A stretch of DNA of 62,000 nucleotides from Rhynchopus sp. YZ270_cl-10 (Eukaryota). Position numbers and translations under genes: made by a program. Positions 11,101 to 20,000 of this stretch are shown piece after piece. Location: assembly GCA_964035575.1 (NCBI GenBank), contig OZ037833.1:2914001-2976000 (forward strand), written 5' to 3'. Position 1 is the first letter of the stretch. Each line of letters opens with the position of its first letter. Below the pieces are notes generated by a model. The model was not told where the DNA came from, made no database searches, and worked only from the letters and a program-made list of their open reading frames with translations.

Positions 11101-14100
11101 ATCTCGCAGTACGCCGTGCGCAACCGCGGAAAAGGTAAAGTCATTTTGAAAATTGACTACCGTAACGCGTTCAACTGCGTAGACCGCCTGTCGATGCTAA
11201 GAGCGGTCGACGCCAACCTCCCCGAGCTGGCCCCATGGGTGCGATGGTGTTACCTGGAGCCCTCCAGCCTGTTTTATGGTGGAGATACCATAAGGTCACA
11301 GCGCGGAGCTCAACAAGGAGATCCCTTGGGCCCGCTTCTCTTCTCCCTGACCATCCACCAGATGGCGCTAGAGCTGAAGGGGCACCCAGGCCTGGATGGG
11401 ACTTTGTGGTACCTCGATGACGGCTCTCTGCGGGGGTCCCCTAAGGCGGTTTTTGAGGCGTACCAGGTTCTGTGCACTCGTAGCTCCGAACTGGGGTTGG
11501 AGGTGAACGCGAACAAGTGTGAGCTCATCTCCACTGGTGGCGTCTCCAAGGAGGATCTCGAGGCCGTGGGGTTCACGTTGAACGAGGGTGGACAGGACGC
11601 CATGGGTGAAGGCGGGTTCCGGCTGTTGGATGTGGATGGGTTCGACTTCTTGGGCATCCCCATTGGGTCTGCGGCTTTCTGCGAGGAGTACATGGCCCAG
11701 AAGGTGGACGATTCCCGCCGCAACCTGGAAGCCCTTGTGGACCTCGGGGACTCCCAGGCAGCCTTCTACGTACTGAGATACTGCGAAGGCTACTGCCGCA
11801 TGGTGTTCTACATGCGGGGGATCCCACAGTGCGCGGAGTACCTGACGGCCTTTGACGACCTGATCGACAGGTGCCTGGCTGCGCTTCTGCATGACCCGGA
11901 TGGGGCGCTGCCGGAGTTGGCAAGGGCGCAGGCGGCGCTTCCTGTGGCGCTTGGGGGGCTGGGTATCCGTCGCACCGTGGACCATCGGACAGCTGCGTCC
12001 CTCGCCTCTCAGTCAGGGAACCTGCAACTGTCGCAGGCCTTGGACCCGGCCTTCACCTGGGATGAGGAGAGATGGAACAGCGCGGCTGAGGAGTACAACT
12101 CCAGGGTACCGGTGGCGTTTCACGTGGACAGGGCCCAGCCGAAGAAGATCCTGGAGCAGCAGAGTCTGTCATCTGCGGTGATTGACGCCCAGGCAGACAA
12201 GTTGATGCAACAGCTCTGCATGCGAGACCGAGCACGGATGAAGTCCCTTCTCCTGCCGCTTTCCGGGACGTACCTCACGGCGACACCCTCAGCAAGGAAC
12301 CAGATGTCTTCAGCGGATTTTGCGGTTGTGACCCGTTTCCGACTAGGGGTGGCCATCCATGCGGAGGGAACGACTTGCTCGGCATGTCAGGGGGGGCAGA
12401 AAAGGGTTGTCATGGACTCCTTTGGCGACCACACCTTTGGCTGCCCCTACTCCAAACACCGCGTCGCCCGCCACAACGCCTTGCGGGATTCGGTGTACCG
12501 AGCTGCTCAAGGGGCGGGCTTGGACCCTGCTTTGGAGGAGACCGTGCGAGTGGAGTTGGAGTCGAAGAAGCGGCCAGGCGACGTCTACCTCCCAGTAGGA
12601 GTGGCGGAAAATGGACCTCGTTGTTTGGACATCACCCACGTGTGCCCCACCTTGCCTTCCTACAGAACAGGGGCCTCGAAGTTTGTGGGCTGGTCGGCGA
12701 AGAACCAGGGCCAGGTCAAACGGGAGAAGCACGAGCGGGATTTGAACAAGATCAATACCAAGTTCTCCCCTATTGTGTTTGAAGCCTTCGGGGGTGCAGG
12801 CGACGAGGCGAACCTCTTGATTGCGCAGCTTGGAGGCCTGACGACGGGACAGACGTCGCACCTGACAGGGTCGGCAGAGTTGCGCATCCGGGAGAGCATT
12901 GCGGTGGCGTACCAGAAAAAGGTCGCATCTTCCTTTCTGGAGCGGGGTGCTATGTGTGTAGGGATTGCCACCCTGAAGCGGGAGCCGTGTGTGGAGGTAG
13001 ATGTGGCACCGTCTGCAGAGGACATGGACCGGTTTGGACGCCGCAGTGCAGGGGCCGTGGAACCTCTCTGTGACGATGCGAACCCTGACGACGATATGAG
13101 TCGTCCTGCAGACCGAACGGAGGAGCAGCAGGGGAAGCGCAAGAGGGACGTGAAGCCGGACCACGTGGAGCCACCGAGGAAGCGGACCGGGAGGTTCGAT
13201 TCGGCCACCGTGATTCCGGAAGGGCCTGGTCTCGATGTGGTGCGTGAGTGGGAGTTTTTGCGTGAGTGCCCGGCAGCGCAGAGGCCTCGGGCGACGGAGC
13301 AGGCGGCCAAGCTGGGAGCCTCGAAGGTGACTTGGTCGTTTGTGGCGGGGGACTGTGCTTTTGAGGCTTTGCTCTTCGCCACCGGGCGCACGGATTTGAC
13401 GGTGGAGGGTCTGCGCCAGGCGGCAGTGAAGAAGGTCCAGGGCCGCGCTGATCTGTCGAGTGCGGCTGTCCCTAATTTTGGGGTCTGGCAGCGGCTGATG
13501 ACGAGTGGGGACAGAGGAGACGAGCGTACGTGGGCGGATGCCATTGCAGTGGCGGGGGCAGGGGAGGCTCTTGAGGTATCTGTGGTCATCCTCAACGAGT
13601 TCGCCCGCCCTTCTCTGATGGTGCCAAGAAAACGGCCTAAGGCAGTGGTCCTTCTCCTCCACTCGGGTGACCAGGATGCGGCAGATGGATCCGGCAGTAT
13701 CCCGGGACACTACGAGCCCCTCACCATGGACCCGGCTCTGCAGCAGCACATCCTGTCTTTTGAGGCCACAGGTGGTAAGGGGGAGTGCCAGTCAGAGCGC
13801 CCCATGGCTTTTGTGGGAGCGAGGGAGGCGGAGGCGTCGAACACTTTCCTGCAGTGCGAACAATGCAGCAAGCTCTTCGATGCGTCGGACGCACACTTCT
13901 GCTGTCACACGTGTGGTGGCTTGGCATGTCTGCACTGCGCTCAGGGGTCCAAGCACTGCCCTCTGTCGCAAATTGGCAGGGCGGAATATTTCAGTGCCCT
14001 GTCTTTTTTGCACTCGAATGTTCCGGCTCAGGCTGCCTCTGCGGAGGGGAGCGGAGACCCACCACCTAAACGGGCTCCTTCTCCAGCAGTGCCAGCTCCC

Positions 14101-15966
14101 GAGGGCGAGGACGTCGAGGAGGTAGACATGCCAATGGCGGGCGAAGAGGGGCAGCAGGCAGAACAGAAGCAGCAGAAGCACGAGAAGCAACGGAAACAGC
14201 AGAAGCAGCAACAACAAAAGGCGGACCAGGAGAAGAAGGAAGCGTTGCAGCGTGCGTCGGACGCGTGGCAGCAAGCCCTGGAGGTACGGCGGGAGCATCG
14301 TCGGTCGTGGGGACCGGATTTGGCCGCGCTTCGGGGCACTTTTGGCGACCGCCAGCAGGAGTTGAGTCGTTTCCTGGAGGAACAGAATGTGCGTCTGGAC
14401 CAGGCGAAGGCGGCGGACAGGCATCGTGTGGAGGAGCTGACCGCCAGGCACAAGCGGGAACTCGCAGAGGACGCGAAGAAGATGCATGCGCAGTACTTGG
14501 AAGACTGCGATCGGCACCCCGAAGCAGGAGAGTCGCTCCGGGCGGAGTATGACAGGCAACGCTGCGAGAGGCATTACGCCATCGCAGCTAAGCATGAGTC
14601 GGAGCAGAAGGCGACCACTCTGTTGTTGACGGCGGTGAACCTCTCCCGACAGCTGGAGGCAGAACGCATGGTGGCATACGGGCGGTGCTTTGGGGTGGTG
14701 TGCGAAGGGCGGCTATTCCTCCCCTGCCATGCGGTGCGGAGAGCGGTGGGCGACGACCCTGAAGGACTCGAACCTGACTGTGTCGGCGACTGGATGGCTC
14801 TCTTTGGTCCTCAAGGTGCTTCTCCGTGCCCGGGCGAGTTCCTGTACTGCTGGGCGACACAGCAGCCGTGGAGTGGGAACGGGGAGGGGGACGGTGATTG
14901 CCCGGAGTCGGTGGTCGCCCGTCAGGCGGTTAGGAAGATAGCAGGGGAGGCCGGATACTGCGACACCTGGGGCAAGACCAGCGCGGTCATCGTCGTTCGG
15001 GAAGGCAGGGTCAGCTGGGGAACCCCTTCTCGGGATCAGCTGGAGGAGGAGGTGGGGCGACAGGCCGAGGCGGCAGACACCGAGGTGCGTGTGAAGGTGG
15101 AGGAGATGGATGATGATGAGCAGGAGCAGGAGGAGGACCTCGACACCGCGATGGAGGGGGCGGATCGCTCGCATTCTCTGTCAGTGGAAGGCATCCCTGA
15201 CCAGAAGAAGCAAGCGAGGGTGAGGGAATTGCTGAGGGCGCAGAGCGAGGCTTGGATGTGGACGGAGGAGGAGCGGACGGAGAGGGGGGGTCTTTTCCCG
15301 TGCCTCACCATGGGGTCGCCGGTGCCTTCTTCTGTGACGAAGTGGATCTCCCTGTTCCACTACCGTCAGGGAGAGAAACAGGATGGCAGACCCTTGTTGT
15401 CACTCCCCCTCTCTACCGCTACTTTCACTCAGTGGTATGAGGTGATGAAGGTGGTGGGTTTGCATGAGTGGTCGGTTCAGGAAAAGTGCAAGGCAAAGTC
15501 GACGTTGCATGCCCTGACGGACAACCGGAGCAGTAGGGGGCAGGCCTTTGCAGCGGAGAGTACAAGGAGGGAGAATGAGGCACGAGCGGCTCGAGAGGGA
15601 ATAGGCCGACAACCTCAAGCCTCCTCTTCTTCTTCTTCTTCTTCCTCCACCTCTGCAGGCCGTGGCACTACAACCTCCATCGCCCAACCTGCAGTCTCCA
15701 CTTCTTCCTCCTCCTCATCGGCAGGCCGTGGCAATGCAACCTCCTCCGCCCAACCTGCTCCTTCCCCAGCTCCCAAAGGACCCCAGCGCCATGCAGCTCA
15801 GGGTAGGTCCAACACGTCGAACGTGTTCACCGACGCAGTGGCACAAGCGACGCAGCATGTGCTCTCGCCCCAGGAGGTGCAGAGAGGGCGCAATGGTCGC
15901 GGTGGTGGACAGAAGGGGAGACAGAGCGGAGGAAGGAAGGGGAAAAAGGGGAATAAAAAGAATTAG
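5134..15966 (+). CDS. Retrotransposon polyprotein: Ser/Asn repeat leader, hydrophobic region, OTU-1, C2H2 finger, RT, CCHC knuckle, RLE, OTU-2, Cys-rich finger, coiled coil (true start uncertain, possibly ATG 8251)
   Basis: RPIAVG, KIDYRNAFN, QQGDPLGP, YLDD (~11410), CSAC..HTFGC, RHNALRD, RPGD..CLDIT; OTU motifs NDCGYVAL..SHFE and GDCAFEAL..WAD..GHYE. Confidence 0.9.
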   Translation: MYASTGRSLGNTRVCSSSRCYTNSSSNSSNSSNSSNSSNSSNSSNSSNSSNSSNSSNSSICYTSCNCSRNNNGSNKSSNSSNSSNSSNSSNSSNSSNSSNSSNSSNSSNSSNSSNSSICYTSCNCSRNNNGSNKSSNSSNSSNSSNSSNSSNSSNSSNSSNSSNSSNSSNSSNSSNSSNSSNSSNSSNSSNSSNSSNSSNSSNSSNSSNSSNSSNSSNSSNSSNSSNSSNSSNSSNSSNSSNSSNSSICYTSCNCSRNNNGSNKSSNSSNSSNSSNSSNSSNSSICYTSCNCSRNNNGSNKSSNSSNSSNSSNSSNSSNSSNSSNSSNSSNSSICYTSCNCSRNNNGSNKSSNSSNSSNSSNSSNSSNSSICYTSCNCSRNNNGSNKSSNSSNSSNSSNSSNSSNSSNNISCINSSSRSTNSRSGSFLCYNSFLISGRSPIPPLFYPKKRPLEPNNPSSCSFDSSNKNVCGGNKVKNCCHNNPHPPSPHDIPKKRQCMPNHISGCNCDSSKNEIFGVLGGVPVSPLVCSSSSKGLYSSSSNSRLYSFFTSSSKGFSSSGSNSRSNSRHNSSLNSSSNGFCSSKSVSKSSSSSSSNSRHNSSFNCSSKDFCSSSSNSRSNSRHNSSFNSSSNGFCGSSSNGGSSSVSNSSSSSSSNSVSKSSSSSSSNSRHNSSLNSSSNGFCSSSSNSVSKSSSSNRHNSSFISSSKDFCGSSSNGRSNSSSNSRLNSSFNSSSKDFCSSGSNSRSNSVSKSSSSSSSNSRHNSSFNCSSKDFGSSSSNSRSNSRLSSSFNSSSKDFCSSVSNSRSSSSSNSRHNSSLNSSSNGFCSSSSNSVSKSSSSNRHNSRHNSSFISSSKDFCGSSSNGRSNSSSNSRLNSSFNSSSKDFCSSGSNSVSKSSSSSRHNSSLNSSSNGFCSSSSNSVSKSSSSNRHNSRHNSSFISSSKDFCGSSSNGRSNSSSNSRLNSSFNSSSKDFCSSGSNSRSNSVSKSSSSSSSNSRHNSSFNCSSIDFCSSSSNSRSNSSTNINSRRSNNNLGGGERGMLVFGVSLEGREGQSGCVMMRVWQKGCVQIEFWFDWWCNLWEVFTSLRQPDPCWVVEAPEWGVFVSFAVLDLWKDRRAPTLSHLILWLVGRRTRRTRRGHRSLNWTKSQAGRLRRRKAPCNRPPSPAAHPVFRRIRVADALRGALQCVAIWVLVFVGSELGRSVPHVLGCALFRDAEVLGVGVLRGLCRVRRGWRWLEGASERVRRWTGGIRVAASLVRASVMGVGQLSVCAAEWVWVAWSAGGCLAGFVALVGVARPLGWVLLLEVRRVAARRWTRRIGMAFGMLVVSLLVLLSLLWRAVTPWDLRPAPADPEHPISLSPFALTGGCANVNAPAYTEQAVSVDATLAKFGAKRIPNVSTNDCGYVALHLWDHDTQPDVRAMRKQLYDTAVEVSNRLVQVLGSQEAMTEFANGVTGEAHLNHLGLQLTATASRINIVVVQASEENPLVRITPGSKRVAKSYAESFQAKLPTVVIALCDSHFEAVELVPEVGKTKEGMAEKMRKEARQAVLDTAHLDGIIPTNTTTTAPLATKLGHINADRVFCPFDGCRAGILSSSDAVGGLSRKGLLQHMRRHQADGAYIPDELLGHLGMSRCANDQCDMLLPQSKEVCNTCTVHFGEEGFTAPSPSSRGMLTDQDDLPSFEVMGTTRIQLKGGCPDKHLQLYSELFLRVLMDILEYQDEVAWKRLALFFTVLHRTRTERGGKDQERRLTSTWGKDLEAWKAGQYVALWEQTVEERKPRPSGWSDEDTDEGRRKRTIAKARAGLPSQAMSCATSDGLAPQTPATLEKLQTKHPAAADSKALEQADWPQPQEVPPVTVVEVMKALRSMPKSSAAGPSNVTGAHLRTLCLQRRAKGTLAALAAVLTSLARGNAPVEVAEFFAGANLVALRKPAKGPGLEEDVRPIAVGDTLRRLVGKILSARVRVPARTLLLRGNQVGVATARGAAVATDVISQYAVRNRGKGKVILKIDYRNAFNCVDRLSMLRAVDANLPELAPWVRWCYLEPSSLFYGGDTIRSQRGAQQGDPLGPLLFSLTIHQMALELKGHPGLDGTLWYLDDGSLRGSPKAVFEAYQVLCTRSSELGLEVNANKCELISTGGVSKEDLEAVGFTLNEGGQDAMGEGGFRLLDVDGFDFLGIPIGSAAFCEEYMAQKVDDSRRNLEALVDLGDSQAAFYVLRYCEGYCRMVFYMRGIPQCAEYLTAFDDLIDRCLAALLHDPDGALPELARAQAALPVALGGLGIRRTVDHRTAASLASQSGNLQLSQALDPAFTWDEERWNSAAEEYNSRVPVAFHVDRAQPKKILEQQSLSSAVIDAQADKLMQQLCMRDRARMKSLLLPLSGTYLTATPSARNQMSSADFAVVTRFRLGVAIHAEGTTCSACQGGQKRVVMDSFGDHTFGCPYSKHRVARHNALRDSVYRAAQGAGLDPALEETVRVELESKKRPGDVYLPVGVAENGPRCLDITHVCPTLPSYRTGASKFVGWSAKNQGQVKREKHERDLNKINTKFSPIVFEAFGGAGDEANLLIAQLGGLTTGQTSHLTGSAELRIRESIAVAYQKKVASSFLERGAMCVGIATLKREPCVEVDVAPSAEDMDRFGRRSAGAVEPLCDDANPDDDMSRPADRTEEQQGKRKRDVKPDHVEPPRKRTGRFDSATVIPEGPGLDVVREWEFLRECPAAQRPRATEQAAKLGASKVTWSFVAGDCAFEALLFATGRTDLTVEGLRQAAVKKVQGRADLSSAAVPNFGVWQRLMTSGDRGDERTWADAIAVAGAGEALEVSVVILNEFARPSLMVPRKRPKAVVLLLHSGDQDAADGSGSIPGHYEPLTMDPALQQHILSFEATGGKGECQSERPMAFVGAREAEASNTFLQCEQCSKLFDASDAHFCCHTCGGLACLHCAQGSKHCPLSQIGRAEYFSALSFLHSNVPAQAASAEGSGDPPPKRAPSPAVPAPEGEDVEEVDMPMAGEEGQQAEQKQQKHEKQRKQQKQQQQKADQEKKEALQRASDAWQQALEVRREHRRSWGPDLAALRGTFGDRQQELSRFLEEQNVRLDQAKAADRHRVEELTARHKRELAEDAKKMHAQYLEDCDRHPEAGESLRAEYDRQRCERHYAIAAKHESEQKATTLLLTAVNLSRQLEAERMVAYGRCFGVVCEGRLFLPCHAVRRAVGDDPEGLEPDCVGDWMALFGPQGASPCPGEFLYCWATQQPWSGNGEGDGDCPESVVARQAVRKIAGEAGYCDTWGKTSAVIVVREGRVSWGTPSRDQLEEEVGRQAEAADTEVRVKVEEMDDDEQEQEEDLDTAMEGADRSHSLSVEGIPDQKKQARVRELLRAQSEAWMWTEEERTERGGLFPCLTMGSPVPSSVTKWISLFHYRQGEKQDGRPLLSLPLSTATFTQWYEVMKVVGLHEWSVQEKCKAKSTLHALTDNRSSRGQAFAAESTRRENEARAAREGIGRQPQASSSSSSSSSTSAGRGTTTSIAQPAVSTSSSSSSAGRGNATSSAQPAPSPAPKGPQRHAAQGRSNTSNVFTDAVAQATQHVLSPQEVQRGRNGRGGGQKGRQSGGRKGKKGNKKN
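5177..8228. repeat. CAG/CAA-derived micro/minisatellite leader: (CAGCAGCAA)n blocks, then degenerate AGCAGTTCCAAC-type higher-order repeats
   Basis: Direct reading. Confidence 0.95.
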
Positions 15967-16966
15967 AGAGTTAGAGAGTTAGAGGGTGAGAGTGTGTGTG
16001 TAGAAGCGTGTAGAGAATGACAGTTTGCCCCATGTTTATTTTTAACCCTTTTTATTTTGTGTTTTTGGTTCTTTTCATCCTTTGGGGTTTGCCCCCCCCT
16101 TTCCCCCCTTTCCGCCCCCCTTCCTATTTGTTAATATTTTTGGTTGGCTGCTGGCTAGGACGGGTCTACCCCAGCGACGGCCCTTACCCCTTGGACGAGG
16201 CTCTGAGGGTAGAGGGCAGTCTCGGAGTAAGACCTGTCTAAGAGCCAGGCCAGTGGCATCAGGAGCCATTGGGCCACTTTTATAGATTGTGCAGTAGAGT
16301 AGAGTTTGTACAGAACTCTTGTCCTTTGAGTTCCTTTTTTCACTCCTTTAGTTTTTCATTTTTACCTTGTGAAGGTCAATTTAAATTTTTCATTTTTCAA
16401 AACCACCACAGGTAAGCACGAGACCCACCATTGTTGTTGTTGATTTTGTTGTGCGTTATTGTTGTTTTCCCCTTTGGGTGTCAGTCAGTCGGGTCAGGTC
16501 ACACTTACAGAAGTTCTCAAAAATTTTCACCAAAAAGAAAACTACTAAAAAGATTATGGAACTTCCTTTTTATTTGTTTGTGTGTTACAGAGGAAACGGC
16601 TCACTCAATCCCCTCCTTCTCCTCCCCTCCCCTCCCCAAGACAAAGCAAAATAAAACTACACCGGTAGACAGAGCAACCCTCCCGTCCCATCCCCTCCCC
16701 TTTTCCTTTTGGGAAAAATTGCACTCACATACTACCCTTTTGCTTATTTGCAGGGAAGTGTTGGTTGTAGTTGTCCCACATGCTTTCTATTTTAGTGCCA
16801 CTAACTGTGTTTTCAGGCACTGTCTTGCCAGTACAATAGTAAAGTGCCCTTGTCTGGACATCTAGCTGTTTACATACTCGCTTGACTAGTAAGTACCCCC
16901 TCTGTCACTGGATGTAGATAAAAAAAGCGAGCCTAGGGCTAAGTTGAACAACACCAAAAAAAAAAA

Positions 16967-17014
<48 letters not shown>

Positions 17015-17021
17015 TGTGGCA

Positions 17022-20000
17022 CACACGGGGGCACACACAGGGGCACACACGTTTTGCTACACACTACCCCATCTTGTCCTTTGCTTCTCCCCTTATCCCC
17101 TTTCCCCCACTTGTTTTCCCCCTTGTGTGGGTCCTACCTGTCGCCTCCTAGTGGCGTGTCCTGGGCAGAGAGAAGGCCGTTGAGTAGTTCCTCTCTGGCG
17201 AAGTGCAGGTAGAGACGTGTATTTTGTCTTCCTTGTCCTTTTGTTTTTTACTGTTTTGACTTTTTTGTTTTCTTGGTGGTGAAGATGTGCAGGTGGAGTG
17301 CCCAGCTTTGGGCTATGGTGCTCCTGTGTGGAGCCATGGATGATGGCGGGGGTGACAGCCGAAGCTGGTGCAGCAACATGAGCAACATGCGCAGCAGCAG
17401 CAGCATGAGCAGGAGCAGCATGAGCAGCAGCATGAGCAGCAGCAGCATGTGCAGCAGCAGCATGAGCAGCAGCATCGTGAGCAGGAGCACTGCCATCAAC
17501 ATCAGTACCTCCCACGGTTGCGGCAGGCACGTATCGCGAGTGGGCTCCTCAACACCAACTCAGCACTCTCAGGTACCACGTTCTCGCTGCAGCAACATGA
17601 GCAGCCATGACTGGAGTGATGGCCTCTATGGCAGCGTCTACTGCAACAATAGCGGCTCCAACAACCACACCAGCAACATCTACACCTGCAGCAATGGCCG
17701 CAAGGGCTTCATGTGCAGCGGCTACAGAAGCTGCAGGTGCACCCCCATTCCCCCCCATTATTACCCCAAAAAGAGGCCTGTGCCCAACAACCCAAGCGGC
17801 TGCAGCTTTGATAGCAGCAACAACAACAACAACTACAACAACGGTGGCAGACACTGGATGCGTGGGCGGACACTAGATGTGCGGGCGGACAGCATCAGCA
17901 GCAACAACAGCAACTACAACAACAGTGGCAGACAGTGGATGCGCGGGCGGACACTAGATGTGCGGGCGGGCAGCATCAGCAGCAACAACAACAACAACTA
18001 CAACAACAGTGGCAGACAGTGGATGCGCGGGTGGACACTAGATGTGCGGGCGGACAGCATCAGCAGCAACAACAGCAACTACAACAACGGTGGCAGACAG
18101 CGGATGCGCGAGCGGACACAGGATGTGCGGGCGGACAGTATCAGCAGCAACAACAGCAACTACAACAACAACCGTAACACCAGCAACAACAACAGCATCA
18201 GCAGCACCTGCAGCAGCACCGACAGCAACAGCAACAGCAGCAGCAGCAACTGCAGCAACAACACTGTAGGTGGGGGTGAGCGAGGTATGCTGGTGTTCGG
18301 GGCCAGCCTTGCGGGGCGAGAAGGACAGAGTTACTGTGTGACGTTACGGGTGTGGGGGACCTTTATCACCCCCAATGTTCACATGGGGCGTGCAGAACAT
18401 GGGCTTGGGTTTGACTGGTGGAGCATCCTTTGGGAACGCCTTTCTTCTCTGCGCCGACCAGACCCCCGCTGGGTAGCCGAGGCACCTGAGTGGGGTGTGT
18501 TTGTGTCTTTCGCGGTCCTGGACATGTGGAAGGACAGACGCGCCCCTACCCTCAGTCACCTCATATTGTGGCTGGTGGGTAGGAGGGGGACCAGGAGGAC
18601 GCGCCGAGGTCACAGGTCCTTGAACTGGACCAAGGCACAGGCGAGCAGGTTCCGTCGGCGCAAGGCGCCATGCAAGCGTCCGCCCTCTCAACTTTTCCGC
18701 AGGATAAGGGCAGCCGTTGTGAGAGTGGCTTTGCAGTGGGTGGCCATCTGGGCTCTGGTTTGCGTGGGGTATGAGCTTGGGAGATCGGCGCCACGGGCTT
18801 TGGGTTGTGCACTGATCCGGGACGCAGAGCTGCTGAGTGTGCTGCTGAGGAAGGGGCTCCTACAGGGCCGATACAGAGCACGTAGCGGGAGGCTGTGGTT
18901 GCGAGTACTTGCCAGCAGGGTGTGGGTTTTCATGCAGAGGTTGAGGCGACCGGCGGGGACAGGGGACGGGTGGGAGCTGTCACCTCAGAGCATAAGCCTG
19001 GGGCCCGGGGCGCTGGCAGGTGGAGCAGACGGGGACATCAACCCGGAGGAGGCGGCAAACCTTGACGCATTCCTCGAGGTGCATGGGGGGAAGAGGGTGC
19101 CGAACGCAGCCAACGGCGAGTGCATGTACGTGGCCTTACTGGGTAAGAAGAACGCGCTGTACTTGGATGTCAGCAAAGCACGCACTGAGCTGGCTGACAG
19201 AGCGCGGGTCACGAAGGTGAAGACCGGTCTCAGACGCTACTTCGAGACCGAGGCACAGCTGTCAAGCTTCATTGACGGCCTCACCAACCCTGAGGTGTGG
19301 GGCAACCACCTCACCCTACACCTGGCAGCAAATGCATGGTCCACCACGATAGCGGTAGTGCAGCCTGGGCCGAATCCAGTGGTGACGATCAACCCCGCAG
19401 CCTCATCGAAAGACTTGCGGACGCAGAAAGACCGCCGCGTCAGGGTAGTTTCACTCCTCAATAATCACTATGAGGAAGTGCAAATGGACCCAAAGAACGC
19501 CCTGGCAATGGTCCAGTCGGCCCCCTTCGCAGAGCTTGACCCGAAAGGCCTAACAGCAACACCCATCCCTGCCATGACGAAGGAGTCGCCTTCTCCTCTG
19601 GGGGCTGATGCACCGAGGCTCTTCTGCCCTGTTCCGTGTTGCAACGGAAGCAGTCTACACCGTCCCCAGCCCTTCTCTGTTCCCGGCCTGCGCACACACA
19701 TCGGTGCACACCTGTCTTCCGGCGACCACATCCCCCACGACACCCTCAACAAGTTGGGGTTAGGACAGTGTGAAGCGTGTGGGGGGATACGGTCGGCATC
19801 GAAGGAGACATGTCTTCAGTGTGCGAAACTGGTAAAGGCGATCGCAAAGCCCACACCCAGGGAACGCACCGCAGTGGAAAAGGCAGACGACGTTGACTTG
19901 CCGGAGTGGTGGGAGATAGCTCAAATCCCCATCAGGACAACAGATGCGATCCCCACGAGCATCGACCGTCCAGCCGCTGTGGAGTTCACCCAGGCACTTG

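Larger units (their letters stand above)
4959..17012 (+). mobile_element. Non-LTR retrotransposon 1, RLE type (CRE/SLACS-like), about 12 kb
   Basis: Single ORF with RT and restriction-like endonuclease, ~1-kb 3' UTR, poly(A) tail to 17012, flanked by target sequence. Confidence 0.92.
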
